Assembly: GCA_030390025.1 (NCBI GenBank)
Contig: CM059426.1
Span: 164,486,001-164,550,000, forward strand
Origin: Squalus acanthias
Lineage: Eukaryota
Length of the DNA: 64,000 nucleotides
Reading direction: 5' to 3'
Below are positions 37,001-46,199 of the stretch, piece after piece (the stretch's first letter is position 1; each line of letters begins with the position of its first letter). The notes beneath the pieces are model-generated. The model was not told where the DNA came from. It saw only the letters and a list, made by a program, of their open reading frames with translations, and made no database searches. The position numbers and the translations under genes are program-made.

Positions 37001-39430
37001 CCACACGATGGAGGGTGCCCTCAGTGAAGATGGGACTTCGTCTCCACAATGACTGTGCGGTGGTCACTGCTACCAATACTGTCATGGACAGATGCATCTG
37101 CGACAGGTAGATTGGTGAGGACGAGGTCAAGTAGGTTTTTCCCTCGTGTTGGTTCTCTCGCCACCTGTCACAGGCCAAGACTGACGGCTATGTCCTTCAG
37201 GTCTCGGCCAGCTCAGTCAGTAGTGGTGCTACCGAGCCACTCTTGGTGATGAACATTGAAGTCCCCCCACCCAGAGTGCTTCTTCCAAGTGGTGTTCAAC
37301 ATGGAGGAGTACTGATTCATCAGCTGTAATCAGCAGGAGGTTTCCTTGCCCATGAGACTTCATGGGGTCCAGAGTCAATGTTGATGACTCCCAGGGCCAC
37401 TCATTCCCGACTGTATACCACTGTGCCGCCACCCCTGGTGGGTCTGGGACAGGACATACCTAGGGATGGTGATGGAGGAGTTTGGGACATTGGCTGAAAG
37501 GTATGATTCTGTGCTTGACTAGTCTGTGGGACAGCTCTCCCAATTTTGGCACAAGTCCCCAGATGTTGGTGAGGAGGACTTTGCAGGGTTGACTGGGCTG
37601 GGTGTGCCATTGCCGTGTCCATAGCCAGTGCCAAGGTCGATGCCAGGTGGTCCGTCCTGTTTCATTCTTATTATTCTGTTTCATAGTGGTTTGTTACAAC
37701 TGAATGGCTTGCTCGGCCATTTCAGAGGGCAGTTAAGAGTCAACCACATTGCTCTGGGTCTGGACCAGGTAAGGACGGCAGATTTCCTTCCCTAAAAGGA
37801 TATTAGTGACATTAGATAGGTTTTTACGACAATCCGATAGTTTAATGGTTACCATTACCGATTATTTAATTAACTGAATTTAAATTCCCGAGCTGCCATG
37901 GTGGGATTTGAACTCATGTCCCTGGATCATTAGTCCAGGCCCCTGGATTATGAGCCCAGTGACATTACCACTACGTTACCGTCCCCTATATCTGCCATAT
38001 GTCAGCCTATTTCACCAGTCTGCATACGTCCCCCTCAAGTCAGCTACTATCTTCCTCACTGTTTACAACGTTTCCAAGTTTTGTGTCATCTGCAAACTTT
38101 AAAATTATGCCCTTTTGTACCATATAGGGCGAGGATGAGGTAGATTTTCAATGTTATAAAATAGGCATTCTACAAGATCGGGATTTCTTTTTGGATGCGT
38201 TTGCTGACAACGAAACTGGACCAGGCGAATTTCTCGAGCATGCGTAGTTCCAGTCTTCTAAACCACGTATGTGTCCTGTGATTTTCGAAGTTAAAAAAAA
38301 CGTAAGCAGCATAAAGATGGCAGTGGTGCAAAGCACCAGTAACTTTAATGTAGAATAGGCTGCGAATTGGCAGAGAGGGCAGCAACGGCAGAGAATGGCC
38401 AAAAGTTGATTGGGAGCCACCCCACCCTCGTCCCTGGAGGCTGGTATTGGTATTGATGATCAGAGGTGACCTGGACCCAGAGTGAGCAACCCCCTCCCGG
38501 AGTGGCTTAAATGGAGATGCATAGCAATGTGGTGATAACAGGTAGGACTTTTTAAAAAGTTTTTTTGTAAAGCATTTTCAGATGCAAAGCGCTCTGACCT
38601 GTTAGAAATTAAATAAGCCACTAAAGAGGTTTTACCAACTGTCAATATAGCTATAATGATTTATGTTTGGAAAAAAATAGTAACTCATGGTTTCTATACC
38701 AAATCTCTTGATTTTTAAGAATTTGTCTTGATATGAGACAGTGGGGTTGGCATTACTGTTTATGTTTCAAAACTGTTGGTCGAGGATATCAATACTAGTT
38801 ACATCAGACTATTTTCTACAGTATATATCCAAGTATAAACATAGAAATTAAAGTGGCGGGGAGAGAAACTGAATGTCTTCTATGGGAATCATTTTGATGG
38901 GTGGCAAGCTACAGTAACGCAGGGGGGAGAATAGGTCTTCTATGTGCGAAAGAGATTTTTTGGAGGGGTTTGGCTGGAACGTTTGGGTGCGAAGGGGAGA
39001 AAAAGAACTCCTTAAACTTGGGTTACACACAGTACTTTCTGGGCCAGAGAAATGGCACAAACTGAAGAAAAGGTTCTATAACATTCCCAGTGGACTATTC
39101 TCAAACTCCAACTACAGCAGGCATTCGACAGACCATGCTGCTGATACCCTTCTTCATCTTGGTAATACAAGTTGGACAGGTTATACTATACCCATCATTT
39201 CAGTTACAAAGAGCATCGCCCACCCAAAAATGTTTTTGTAGTAGATGCTCAACATTTTAAAAAATCCAACAGTCCCAAGAAATCTCCAAACAGCAGCAGT
39301 TACCTGTACTGTGGCACCTTCGACTTTACGCACTGCTTTAGAATCAAACAGCACATGTCTGCCTCTCCTTTCACAATCCTGGTAAACAATCAGTCGAATC
39401 TGGTTAACTTCAAACTCCACAGGCGTCCAG
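861..39430 (-). CDS. FNIP2: FNIP2 partial gene model: 12 coding exons, join(39304-39430,27117-27242,25719-25819,25092-25163,19145-19245,18954-19043,8294-8365,7694-7829,6397-6598,5682-5770,1972-2118,861-1030); first exon and 3' exons outside the window
   Basis: The spliced exons give one open frame of FNIP-family protein ([56 protein letters not shown]). Paralog-diagnostic segments recall FNIP2 rather than FNIP1: [59 protein letters not shown]. All introns are GT-AG. Confidence 0.93.
1110..1560 (+). mobile_element. Degenerate CR1 LINE 3' fragment
   Basis: Decayed match to the 3' ends of the better-preserved CR1 copies (e.g. ggccaaatggcctactcctgtt tail). Confidence 0.7.
1972..2118 (-). CDS. 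FNIP2: FNIP2 exon 12 (147 nt): [49 protein letters not shown]
   Basis: Acceptor tttgcag, donor GTATGT. Confidence 0.95.
3425..3690 (+). mobile_element. Ancient SINE copy, AmnSINE2-like
   Basis: Motifs cacagaccaggaag, aattgggctcagtgcccttggattagg and gccacttg recur in several dispersed copies; family name from recalled consensus. Confidence 0.6.
3990..4315 (-). mobile_element. Ancient SINE copy, AmnSINE2-like
   Basis: Reverse-complement match to the same family. Confidence 0.55.
4425..5115 (+). mobile_element. Fragmented CR1 3' region, interrupted by an inverted local duplication (about 4577-4737) and an opposite-strand LINE tail (about 4831-4960)
   Basis: CR1 ORF2 C-terminal and 3' UTR motifs (agattcactaaaatgatacc, ttcaaaattatgag, ttatttccactg). 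Confidence 0.6.
4577..5474. repeat. Inverted repeat with arms of about 160 bp (4577-4737 and 5308-5474) and a spacer of about 570 bp
   Basis: aatcttggcatccactggagtctag...ctgaaccaggggctgagatg is the reverse complement of catctcagcccctggttcag...ctagactccagtggatgccaagatt. Confidence 0.93.
5612..5634 (+). repeat. Poly-G run (poly-C in the FNIP2 pre-mRNA), about 50 nt past the exon 11 donor
   Basis: Homopolymer seen directly. Confidence 0.9.
5682..5770 (-). CDS. FNIP2: FNIP2 exon 11 (89 nt): [30 protein letters not shown]
   Basis: Acceptor tttggtag, donor GTGAGA; FNIP2-type sequence. Confidence 0.94.
6397..6598 (-). CDS. FNIP2: FNIP2 exon 10 (202 nt): [13 protein letters not shown]...[13 protein letters not shown]...[22 protein letters not shown]
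   Basis: Acceptor ttacaag, donor GTACCA; matches ORF 6295..6576. Confidence 0.96.
6769..7266 (-). mobile_element. L2-clade LINE 3' fragment
   Basis: GPKLWNSLP peptide and aaaggtgctatataaatgcaagttg tail, shared with 48965-50025. Confidence 0.88.
7694..7829 (-). CDS. FNIP2: FNIP2 exon 9 (136 nt): [46 protein letters not shown]
   Basis: Acceptor cttgcag, donor GTAAGT. Confidence 0.96.
8294..8365 (-). CDS. FNIP2: FNIP2 exon 8 (72 nt): [24 protein letters not shown]
   Basis: Acceptor cttacag, donor GTATAT. Confidence 0.94.
8426..8880 (+). mobile_element. tRNA-derived SINE with Deu-type core and L2-like tail (SacSINE1/DeuSINE-like), near full length
   Basis: A box gctcagttgg, B box ggttcaagtcc, core gtggatgtaaaagatcccatggcact, tail aaggcgctatataaatgcaagtc. 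Confidence 0.85.
9331..9876 (-). mobile_element. L2-clade LINE 3' fragment
   Basis: ORF 9584..9949 reads TSRLDYSN...QNSAARVLT...LHWLPV. Confidence 0.9.
9880..10095 (+). mobile_element. AmnSINE2-like 3' fragment
   Basis: gaagaatggcatttggggaggtac...gccttcaggagag. Confidence 0.5.
11219..11977 (+). mobile_element. 5'-truncated copy of the tRNA-headed CR1-group LINE family
   Basis: [18 protein letters not shown] peptide; tail caataaatgctagccttgccagcgacaccca followed by an A-rich end. Confidence 0.88.
12456..12804 (+). mobile_element. SINE-like bipartite element (tRNA-like head plus LINE 3' tail)
   Basis: B box gagttcaaattcc; body matches 37700-37950; tail matches 11870-11977. Confidence 0.85.
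15396..15976 (-). mobile_element. RTE-clade LINE 3' fragment
   Basis: [25 protein letters not shown] and C-terminal [21 protein letters not shown]; possible TSD aaacctt (15389-15395 / 15977-15983). Confidence 0.9.
16430..17890 (+). mobile_element. Older decayed copy of the tRNA-headed CR1-group LINE family (RT to 3' end), with a CR1 tail inserted at about 16705-16830
   Basis: Collinear with the reverse complement of 34850-36220. Confidence 0.8.
18954..19043 (-). CDS. FNIP2: FNIP2 exon 7, probable cassette exon (90 nt): [29 protein letters not shown]
   Basis: Acceptor ccattag, weak donor GTTCGT; phase 1-1; [13 protein letters not shown] matches the corresponding FNIP exon. Confidence 0.85.
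19145..19245 (-). CDS. FNIP2: FNIP2 exon 6 (101 nt): [34 protein letters not shown]
   Basis: Acceptor ttttgcag, donor GTAAGG; [10 protein letters not shown] motif. Confidence 0.93.
21066..21147 (+). pseudogene. tRNA-Ser(GCT) pseudogene
   Basis: 82 nt GACAAGATGACAGAGTGGTTAAGGCGATGGGCTGCTAATCCATC...GGGTTTGAATCCCATCCTTGTCA, collinear with vertebrate tRNA-Ser-GCT; T-loop TTC changed to TTT, acceptor-stem mismatch, CpG-type decay. Confidence 0.88.
21160..21425 (+). mobile_element. DeuSINE-like SINE, 3'-truncated
   Basis: Homologous to 8426-8880 (ggttcaagtcccactccag, gtactgaggg, ctggccaatatttatcc). Confidence 0.85.
21690..23432 (+). mobile_element. CR1 LINE ORF2 RT/3' fragment
   Basis: [41 protein letters not shown]; attctatg-type tail. 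Confidence 0.93.
23965..24890 (-). mobile_element. CR1 LINE internal RT fragment
   Basis: [24 protein letters not shown]. Confidence 0.88.
25092..25163 (-). CDS. FNIP2: FNIP2 exon 5 (72 nt): [24 protein letters not shown]
   Basis: Polypyrimidine tract plus ctctag acceptor, donor GTAAGG. Confidence 0.94.
25719..25819 (-). CDS. FNIP2: FNIP2 exon 4 (101 nt): [34 protein letters not shown]
   Basis: Acceptor tttgcag, donor GTAAGA; highly conserved FNIP motif. Confidence 0.96.
26575..26760 (-). mobile_element. 3' tail of the tRNA-headed CR1-group LINE family
   Basis: ggatgtgggcgatgctggcaaggccacatttattgccc matches 34868-34930. Confidence 0.8.
27117..27242 (-). CDS. FNIP2: FNIP2 exon 3 (126 nt): [42 protein letters not shown]
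   Basis: Acceptor ttttctag, donor GTAAGC; KCC...KEQLPxYQ motif; phase 0-0. Confidence 0.9.
28720..29760 (-). mobile_element. CR1 LINE 3' fragment
   Basis: [32 protein letters not shown]. Confidence 0.9.
29913..30604 (-). mobile_element. RTE-clade LINE 3' fragment (second copy)
   Basis: [21 protein letters not shown]...HQRCLRKIL; closely similar to 15396-15976. Confidence 0.92.
30770..31680 (+). mobile_element. Decayed CR1 RT/3' fragment
   Basis: [14 protein letters not shown]...DVVYLDFQK. Confidence 0.85.
32590..33545 (-). mobile_element. Tigger/pogo-type DNA transposon remnant with CENP-B-like transposase N-terminus
   Basis: Minus-strand peptides [11 protein letters not shown]...[15 protein letters not shown] (HTH-like), [21 protein letters not shown], broken by stops and frameshifts; ends approximate. 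Confidence 0.7.
34176..34649 (+). mobile_element. Penelope-like element 3' fragment (end of GIY-YIG domain plus terminal repeat)
   Basis: Translates [48 protein letters not shown]; 12-bp TSD ctctatttataa at 34164-34175 and 34650-34661. Confidence 0.88.
34567..34605 (+). ncRNA. Minimal type I hammerhead ribozyme motif (Penelope-associated)
   Basis: TTAC-CTGACGA-A-[GGAGCG aac TGCTTC]-GAAA-GCTT-GTAA. Confidence 0.75.
34847..37986 (-). mobile_element. Apparently full-length CR1-group LINE with tRNA-like 5' head and a single decayed APE-RT ORF
   Basis: Head with A box (37968-37978) and B box (37904-37915); APE start [10 protein letters not shown]; RT motifs [13 protein letters not shown] and [12 protein letters not shown]; A-rich 3' end. 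Confidence 0.85.
39304..39430 (-). CDS. FNIP2: FNIP2 exon 2 (127 nt): [42 protein letters not shown]
   Basis: Acceptor cattacag, donor GTAACT; FNIP N-terminal motif. Confidence 0.95.
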
Positions 39431-41065
39431 CTGTAATGGGACAAAGGAGGAAGTTAAGAATAAAAAGTAGTTTTTGATATGTATCTACAATGTTAAGCTG
39501 TTCAACACAGCTCGACAGAGAGAATTAGGGACGGGAATGAGAAAAGAGAGACAATGGAATGAGAGAATTTTGAAATTACCCAAAAGGAAATAATCTTCAT
39601 GATCAATTTTGAGGTACAATAATTATGGATTGGAAGTGCACATTTATGGGGTGGCACAATATGGTTTTATGTTTACCAGCCCTTACTCAGTTTAGTCAGA
39701 ATGTCAGGGGAATGCCAAGAAGCAGCCAAAGACACACATGGACAGTGAAATGGCTTCTTGTAGATGGACTCAAAGATGCAGTCTTAATATTGTACCTTTT
39801 TCTACATAGGAAATCCATTGTAAAGATTTTGTAGCCTCACTATGCAACAAGTATGCTGCTCTCCAAGCCTGAACTATCTACATTATATTGCACCACTTAG
39901 AAGTACCTTTCTTCAATTTTAATTGGCTAAATAAATGCTGCCTTGAACTGCAATTATAAAATCACAGAACTGTTTCACAAAAAGTGATTCTGAAAAACAA
40001 CCAAACAACTACAGTGCTGTAGAAACTGCCTAGTTTATATTGAAGAGTGATTGCTGCATCAGTGGAATTGAGTTTAAACTTGAACAGATTGCAACTACTG
40101 GAGACAGCACCTTCACCGATAGCTGGGAAAGATCCATACAAACCAGTCACTGCAAAACTACTTCACTGGTCAGTACACGGTGGATGTGAACACCTTAACC
40201 ACTCATCCAATTATGCTTCCTCTAGGAGGTACTGGATGCAATCTCCTATTTACAGAGCTTTGTTTTTGCCTCCTGCAAAGCTGCTAGTTGCAGTAGTGGT
40301 ATAAATACAACATAAGTAACAGATCACAAATGTATTGTCAATGGCTGATAACAGTAATGGCATTTTTTAAAAAAATCTATTCAAAATTATGACAAATGAA
40401 AGTTTACAGCTTTACACTCCTGCATGGCACTAGTTATGGTCAAAGGTAACACACCCACTGAATTAACAGAAAAAGCTGGAAACACTCAGCAGGCCAGGAT
40501 TAAAACTTACATGAAGATCAGCATGCTGAAGTGGGAATGGCAAAAACGCCCGGAAATTTCATCAAGCTCCATAAATTTCAATTTTGCTTCATTTTGTGGG
40601 GATATTTTTGGTAAATGTGTCTTATTGCTTTTGTAATTTTTTTTCCTGTCATTTTAACTGTCTAACCCAACACCTGCAGCTGAGAGAGTTAGGCATACAA
40701 CCCGCTGACAATGACCCGTATATCTTACTCCAGGAAGGACTAAACACCAACCAGGTATGACCCTCCCTTCCAATTTCACTTCCTGCTGCTGGGGCATACT
40801 GCAGCTTGTGCTTGGCACCTGCTGCTCATCATGGTTTAAATCAAAATGGAGGAGAGCGGGACTACACCTCACTTGCCTTCGTAAATGGTGACTAAACTTC
40901 AAAAGTAATTCGTTGGTTATGAAGTGCTTTGGGGCGTCCTCAGGGTGCAATAAGGTGGCATATAAATGTAAGCTGACATTGCGTAGCACAAGTGCTTAGC
41001 ACCACTCACTGTACCAACCTCAACCTTTACATTTAAAAGTATCCCCCTAAATCTTTACAACACTA

Positions 41066-44000
41066 TATAAAAACATAGAAGATAGGAGCAGGCCATTCAG
41101 CCCCTCGAGCCTGTTCCGCCATTTAAATGAGATCATGGCTGATCATCCAAATTCAGTACCCTGTCCCTGCTTTCTCCCCATATTCCTTTAGCCTTAAGAA
41201 ATATATCTAACTCCTTCTTGAATATATTTAATGAATTGGTCTCAGCTGCCTTCTGTGGTAGAGAATTCCACAAGTTCACCACTCTCTGGGTGAAGAAATT
41301 CCTCCTCATCTCAGTCCTAAATGGCTTACCCCTTATCCTTAGACTGTGACCTCTGGTTCTGGACTCCTCCGCCATCGGGAACATCCTTCCTGCATCTAGT
41401 CCGGTTAGAATTTTATAAGTTTCAATGAGATCCCCTCTCATTCTTCTAAACTCCAGCGAATATAAGCCTAATCGACCCAATCTCTCTTCATACGTCATTC
41501 CTGCCATCCCAGGTATCAATCTGGTGAAAGTTGCTGCACTCCCTCCATGGCAAGAACATCCTTCCTCAGATAAGGCGACCAAAACTGCACACAATACTCA
41601 AGGTGTGGTCTCACCAAGGCCCTGTAAAACTGCAGCAAGACATCCTTGCTCCTGTACTCGAATCCTCTCACTATGAAGGCCAACATACCATTTGCCTTCT
41701 TAACCGCCTGCTGCACCTGCATGCTTCCCTTCAGCGACTGGTGCACAAGGACACCCAGGCCTCGTTGCACTTACCTTTTCCCAATCTATTGCCGTTCAGA
41801 TAATAATCTGTCTTCCTGTTTTTGCCACCAAAGTGGATAACCTCGCATTTATCCACATTATACTGCATCCGCCATGCATCTGCCCAATCACCCAACCTGT
41901 CCAAATCATACTGGAGTTTCTCTGCATCCTCCTCACAGCACACACGCCCACCCAGCTTTGTGTCGTCTGCAAACTTAGGGATATTACATCTAGTTCCCTC
42001 GTCTAGATCATTAATATATATTGTGAATAGCTGGGGTCCTAGAACCGATTCTGGCGGTACCCCACTAGTCACTGCCTGCCACTCGGAAAAAGACCCGTTT
42101 ATTCCAACTCTTTGCTTCCTGTCTGCCAACCAGTTCTCTGTCCAAGTCAGTACAGGAAACTCTTTATTAACCGGCACCGACGGGACCGGCGTGGTGCCGG
42201 TTTATCAAAAAGTCAGGATAACGGAGAGTTATATCTACCAAGGTACGGGGAGCCCCGTACATGGCCACAGATCCAGGAGTCCCTGGTGCACGGCCACAGG
42301 TGTAGGAACCCCGGTCACATTAAAGAATTTCTGCATCTCCCTTCTTGTGACAGATCTTACAGCGAGCATTCAGCAAAGACTTGGCCCATATAATGCTACG
42401 ATCCAGTGTAGAGAGATGAAGGAAAACCCCGGTTACCTACTCAAGAATTTTGTCGGTTAAGAGAGATTTCCGGATATTTGGGTGCCGGTTAATAAAGAGA
42501 GTTTCCTGTACCTTACCCCCAATCCCATGTGCTTTAACTTTGCATGCTAATCTCTTACGCGGGACCTTATCAAAAGCCTTCTGAAAGTCCAAATACACCA
42601 CATCCACTGGTTCTCCCTTATCTATTCTACCAGTTACATCCTCAAAAAATTCCAGTAGATTAGTCAAGCATGATTTACCTTTTGTAAATCCATGTTGACT
42701 TTGTCTGATCCTGTCACTGTTTTCCAAGTGCTCTGCTATTACATCTTTTATAATGGCCTCTAGCATTTTCCCCCACTACCGATGTCAGGCTTACCAGTCT
42801 ATAATTCCCCATTTTCTCTCGACCACCTTATTTTTTAAATAGTGGGGTTACATTAGCTACCCTCCAATCCATGGGAACTGTTCCAGAATCTATAGAATTT
42901 TGGAAGATGACCAGCAATGCATCTACTATTTCTAGGGCCACTTCCTTAAGTACACTAGGATGTAGATCATCAGGCCCTGGGGATTTATCGGCCTTCAATC
43001 CCGTCAATTTCCCTAACACCATTTCCCTACAGATACTGATTTCATTCAATTCCTCCCTCTCATTAGACCCTATGTTCCCTGACATCTCTGGGAGGTTATT
43101 TGTGTCCTCCTTTGTGAAGACAGAACCAAAGTATGTATTTAATTGGTCTGCCATTTCTTTGTTCCCCATTATAAATTCCCCGGATTCTGACTGCAAGGGA
43201 CCTACGCTTGACTTCACCAATCTTTTTCTCTTCACATATCTATAGAAGCTTTTACAGTCAGTTTTGTTCCCTGTAAGCTTACTCTCAATCTATTCCCCCC
43301 CCCCTCTTAATTAATCCCTTTGTCCTCCTTTGCTGAATCCTAAACTGCTCCCAATCCTCAGGTTTGCTGCTTTTTCTGGCCAATTTATATGTCCTCTCCT
43401 TGGATCGCATGCTATCCCTAATTTCCCTTGTTAGCCACGGTTGAGTCACCTTTTTTGTTTTATTTTTATGCCAAACAGGGATGAACAAATTCTGTAGTTC
43501 ATCCATGCGATCTTTAAAGGTTTGCCATTGCCTATCCACCGTCAACCCTTCAGGTAACACTCCCCAATCCATCCTAGCCAACTCGCGCCTCATACCATCG
43601 TAGTTTCCTTTATTTAAATTCAGGACCCTAGTCTCTGAGTCAACTACTTCACTCTCCATCTTAATGAAGAATTCTATCATATTATGATCGCTCCTCCCCA
43701 AGGGGCCTCGCACAAGATTGCTAATTAATCCTCTCATTACATAATACCCAGTCTAAGATCTCTAGTTGGTTCCTCGACATATTGGTCCAGGAAACCATCC
43801 CGTATACACTCTAGGAATTCCTCCTCTACAATAGTGTTACTAATTTGGTTAGCCCAATCTATATGTAGATTGAAGTCACCCATAACTACTGTGCCCTTAT
43901 TGCACACGTCTCTAATTTCCTGTTTAATGCCATCCCCAACCTCAGCATTACTGTTTGGGGGTCTGTATACAACTTCCACTAATGTTTTCTGCCCCTTGGT

Positions 44001-45010
44001 ATTTCTCAGCTGTACCCATACAGATTCCACATCATCATAGCTAATATCCTTCCTTACTATTGTGTTAATCTCCTCTTTAACCAGCAATGCTACCCCACCT
44101 CCTTTTCCTTTTTGCCCATCCTTCCTGAATATTGAATACACCTGGATGATGAATTCCCAGCCTTGGTCACCCTGGAGCCATGTCTCCATAATCCCAATAT
44201 CATATCCGTTTACATCTATTTGCGCAGCTAATTCATCCACCTTATTACGAATGCTCCTCACATTAAGACACAAAGCCTTCAGGCTTTTTTTTTTTAAACA
44301 CTCTTAGTCCTTTTAGAATTATTATTTACTGTGGCCCGGTTTGATTTACACCCTTGATTTCTCTGCCTTCCACTTTTGCTTTTCTCCTTCCTGTCTTTTG
44401 CTTCTATCCTTGCTTCCCTTTCCTCCGTCTCCCAGCACAGGTTCCCAACCCCCTGCCATTTTAGTTTAAACCCTCCCCAACAGCACTAGCAAACACTCCC
44501 CCTGGGACATCGGTTCCAGTCCTGCCCAGGTGCAAACCGTCCAGTTTGTACTGGTCCCACCTCCCCCAGAACCGGTTCCAATGTCCCAGGAATTTGAATC
44601 CCTCCCCCTTGCACCATTCCTCTAGCCACGTATTCATCTGAAATATCCTTCTATTTCTACTCTGACTAGCACGTGGCACTGGTAGCAATCCTGAGATTAC
44701 TACCTTTGAGGTCCTATTTTTAAATTTACCTCCTAACTCCCTATATTCAGCTTTTAGGACCTCATCCCGTTTTTTTTAACCTATATCGTTGGTACCTATA
44801 TGCACCACGACAACTGGCTGTTCACCCTCCCCCTCCAGAATGCCCTGCAGCCGCCCCGAGACATCCTTGACCCTTGCACCAGGGAGGCAACATACCATCC
44901 TGGAGTCTCGTTTGCGGCCGCAGAAACGCCTATCTATTCCCCTTACAATAGAATCCCCATCACTATAGCTCTCCCGCTCTTTTTCCTCCCGTCCTGTGGA
45001 GCAGAACCAC
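41066..45010 (-). mobile_element. CR1 LINE of about 3.6 kb: esterase-type ORF1 C-terminus plus frameshifted ORF2 (APE-RT)
   Basis: ORF1 ...DGLHLGRTG...VGEGLN (44461..44688); APE CLNVRSIRNK, GDFN, SDHN; [10 protein letters not shown]. Confidence 0.95.
42153..42508. mobile_element. 356-bp Tc1/mariner-superfamily (Tigger-like) MITE inserted in the CR1 RT
   Basis: TIRs caggaaactctttattaaccggcacc / ggtgccggttaataaagagagtttcctg; TA TSD (42151-42152, 42509-42510); removing it restores GGKVLTW. Confidence 0.93.
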
Positions 45011-46199
45011 CCTACTTTCTGCCTGCACAGGCCATTCCCACTTCAGCATGCTGATCTCCATGTAAGTTTTAATGCAATAATAGTGGGTGTTATCTTTGAC
45101 CACAAATGCTAAAATTCAAAATCGGATTTGTTGGTCGGAAGCCGAATTAGGGGAGCTCATTTGCCACATATCCCAGGGTTCTGTTTACACCCTCCCCTCA
45201 ACATTACCACTGCTATTTCCTCTCAATTTTAACCTGCTTCACTGCCCAGCACACTAGAAGCTCCACAATGAGTTAATCCTTTACATACAATTTGGACCAA
45301 ACACGTGCACCAACTGAACCAAGAGGTTGTGTTAACAGCTTCTACTGTTCCCAATGCTACAGATTATTTCACCTAGAATTGAGGGATTAGCAACTACTAA
45401 CACCAAAAATAAATGTTAAAATTTTGTGCTACCCAAATGGCAAGTCAGTTTTCAGACAAATTCTTTGATTAATTTCTGCATTAAAGTTACAGAACCATGA
45501 TCGCCACAGCAACCTTAAAGTAAAATTAGAAAACAAGAGCAAAACATAAACCTAACAAGTGAGAACGTATTCATCAATTCTGACAAAAATCAAGGCAAGA
45601 CACAGGCTAAAATTTAACTACTAGCAATGAACTCTTCACTGACTAATAACTTTTACTTTGTGCCCAAATTTCAGAATTTACTAGAATACGTATTTCACTG
45701 GCAAATTTGTCCCATGAAGCCTTTCTCCAGAACTTTACCTGAAATGTCCGTGCTGCATCCTCCCGTACCTATAGTTCACCACAAGAAACATGTCCTCGAG
45801 TGCACTGCAGTTACTATTTCAGCTTTCATCCATCCCAAAGCACAAGACTGTCAGATGACTTCCTCTGCAAAGCTCCTGCTGCTAATCTGACCGATAGGCA
45901 CTGCTCTTCACTCTGCACAGTTCAGTATGGTATTCCCAGTGCAAGGCTACAGTACCATCATGAAGTGGCAATGAGCCTCCAGGGTTACGATGCCACAGGG
46001 CATAAAGCTGCTCCAGTAAAGTCTTCAACTTCTATTCTTAGGCTGCTGATAGCTGCCAAAGTTACTGCACGTCATGATCACTCAAAAAACACAGCCTGTA
46101 TTTTATTTCTTAACCAGTGTCATGAGAATGCAGCATCTTCAACTAACTGACTCACTCACCAGTTCCTAAACACAGCTTTTGCTCATGATCAGATTTCAC

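Larger units (their letters stand above)
33845..38120 (-). mobile_element. CR1 3' fragment (pieces 33845-34175, 34650-34846, 37988-38120) hosting a Penelope fragment and a tRNA-headed LINE
   Basis: The pieces are collinear with CR1 copy 28720-29760. Confidence 0.85.
40499..45073. repeat. 43-bp inverted repeat pair (40499-40541 / 45031-45073), 42/43 identical
   Basis: attaaaacttacatgaagatcagcatgctgaagtgggaatggc versus gccattcccacttcagcatgctgatctccatgtaagttttaat. Confidence 0.92.

Noticed and set aside
38125-38640. CpG-containing segment as an alternative promoter or transposon
   Set aside because: No TIRs, TSD, ORF similarity or second copy could be identified.
861-39430. Assignment to FNIP1
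   Set aside because: A few residues are FNIP1-like (SCASS, FPRW, TTICNLY), but exons 2, 5, 8, 11 and 13 match FNIP2-type sequences; a tree or synteny check would settle it.
41822-42460. 212-aa plus-strand ORF
   Set aside because: Antisense shadow of the CR1 RT running into the MITE; no independent coding evidence.
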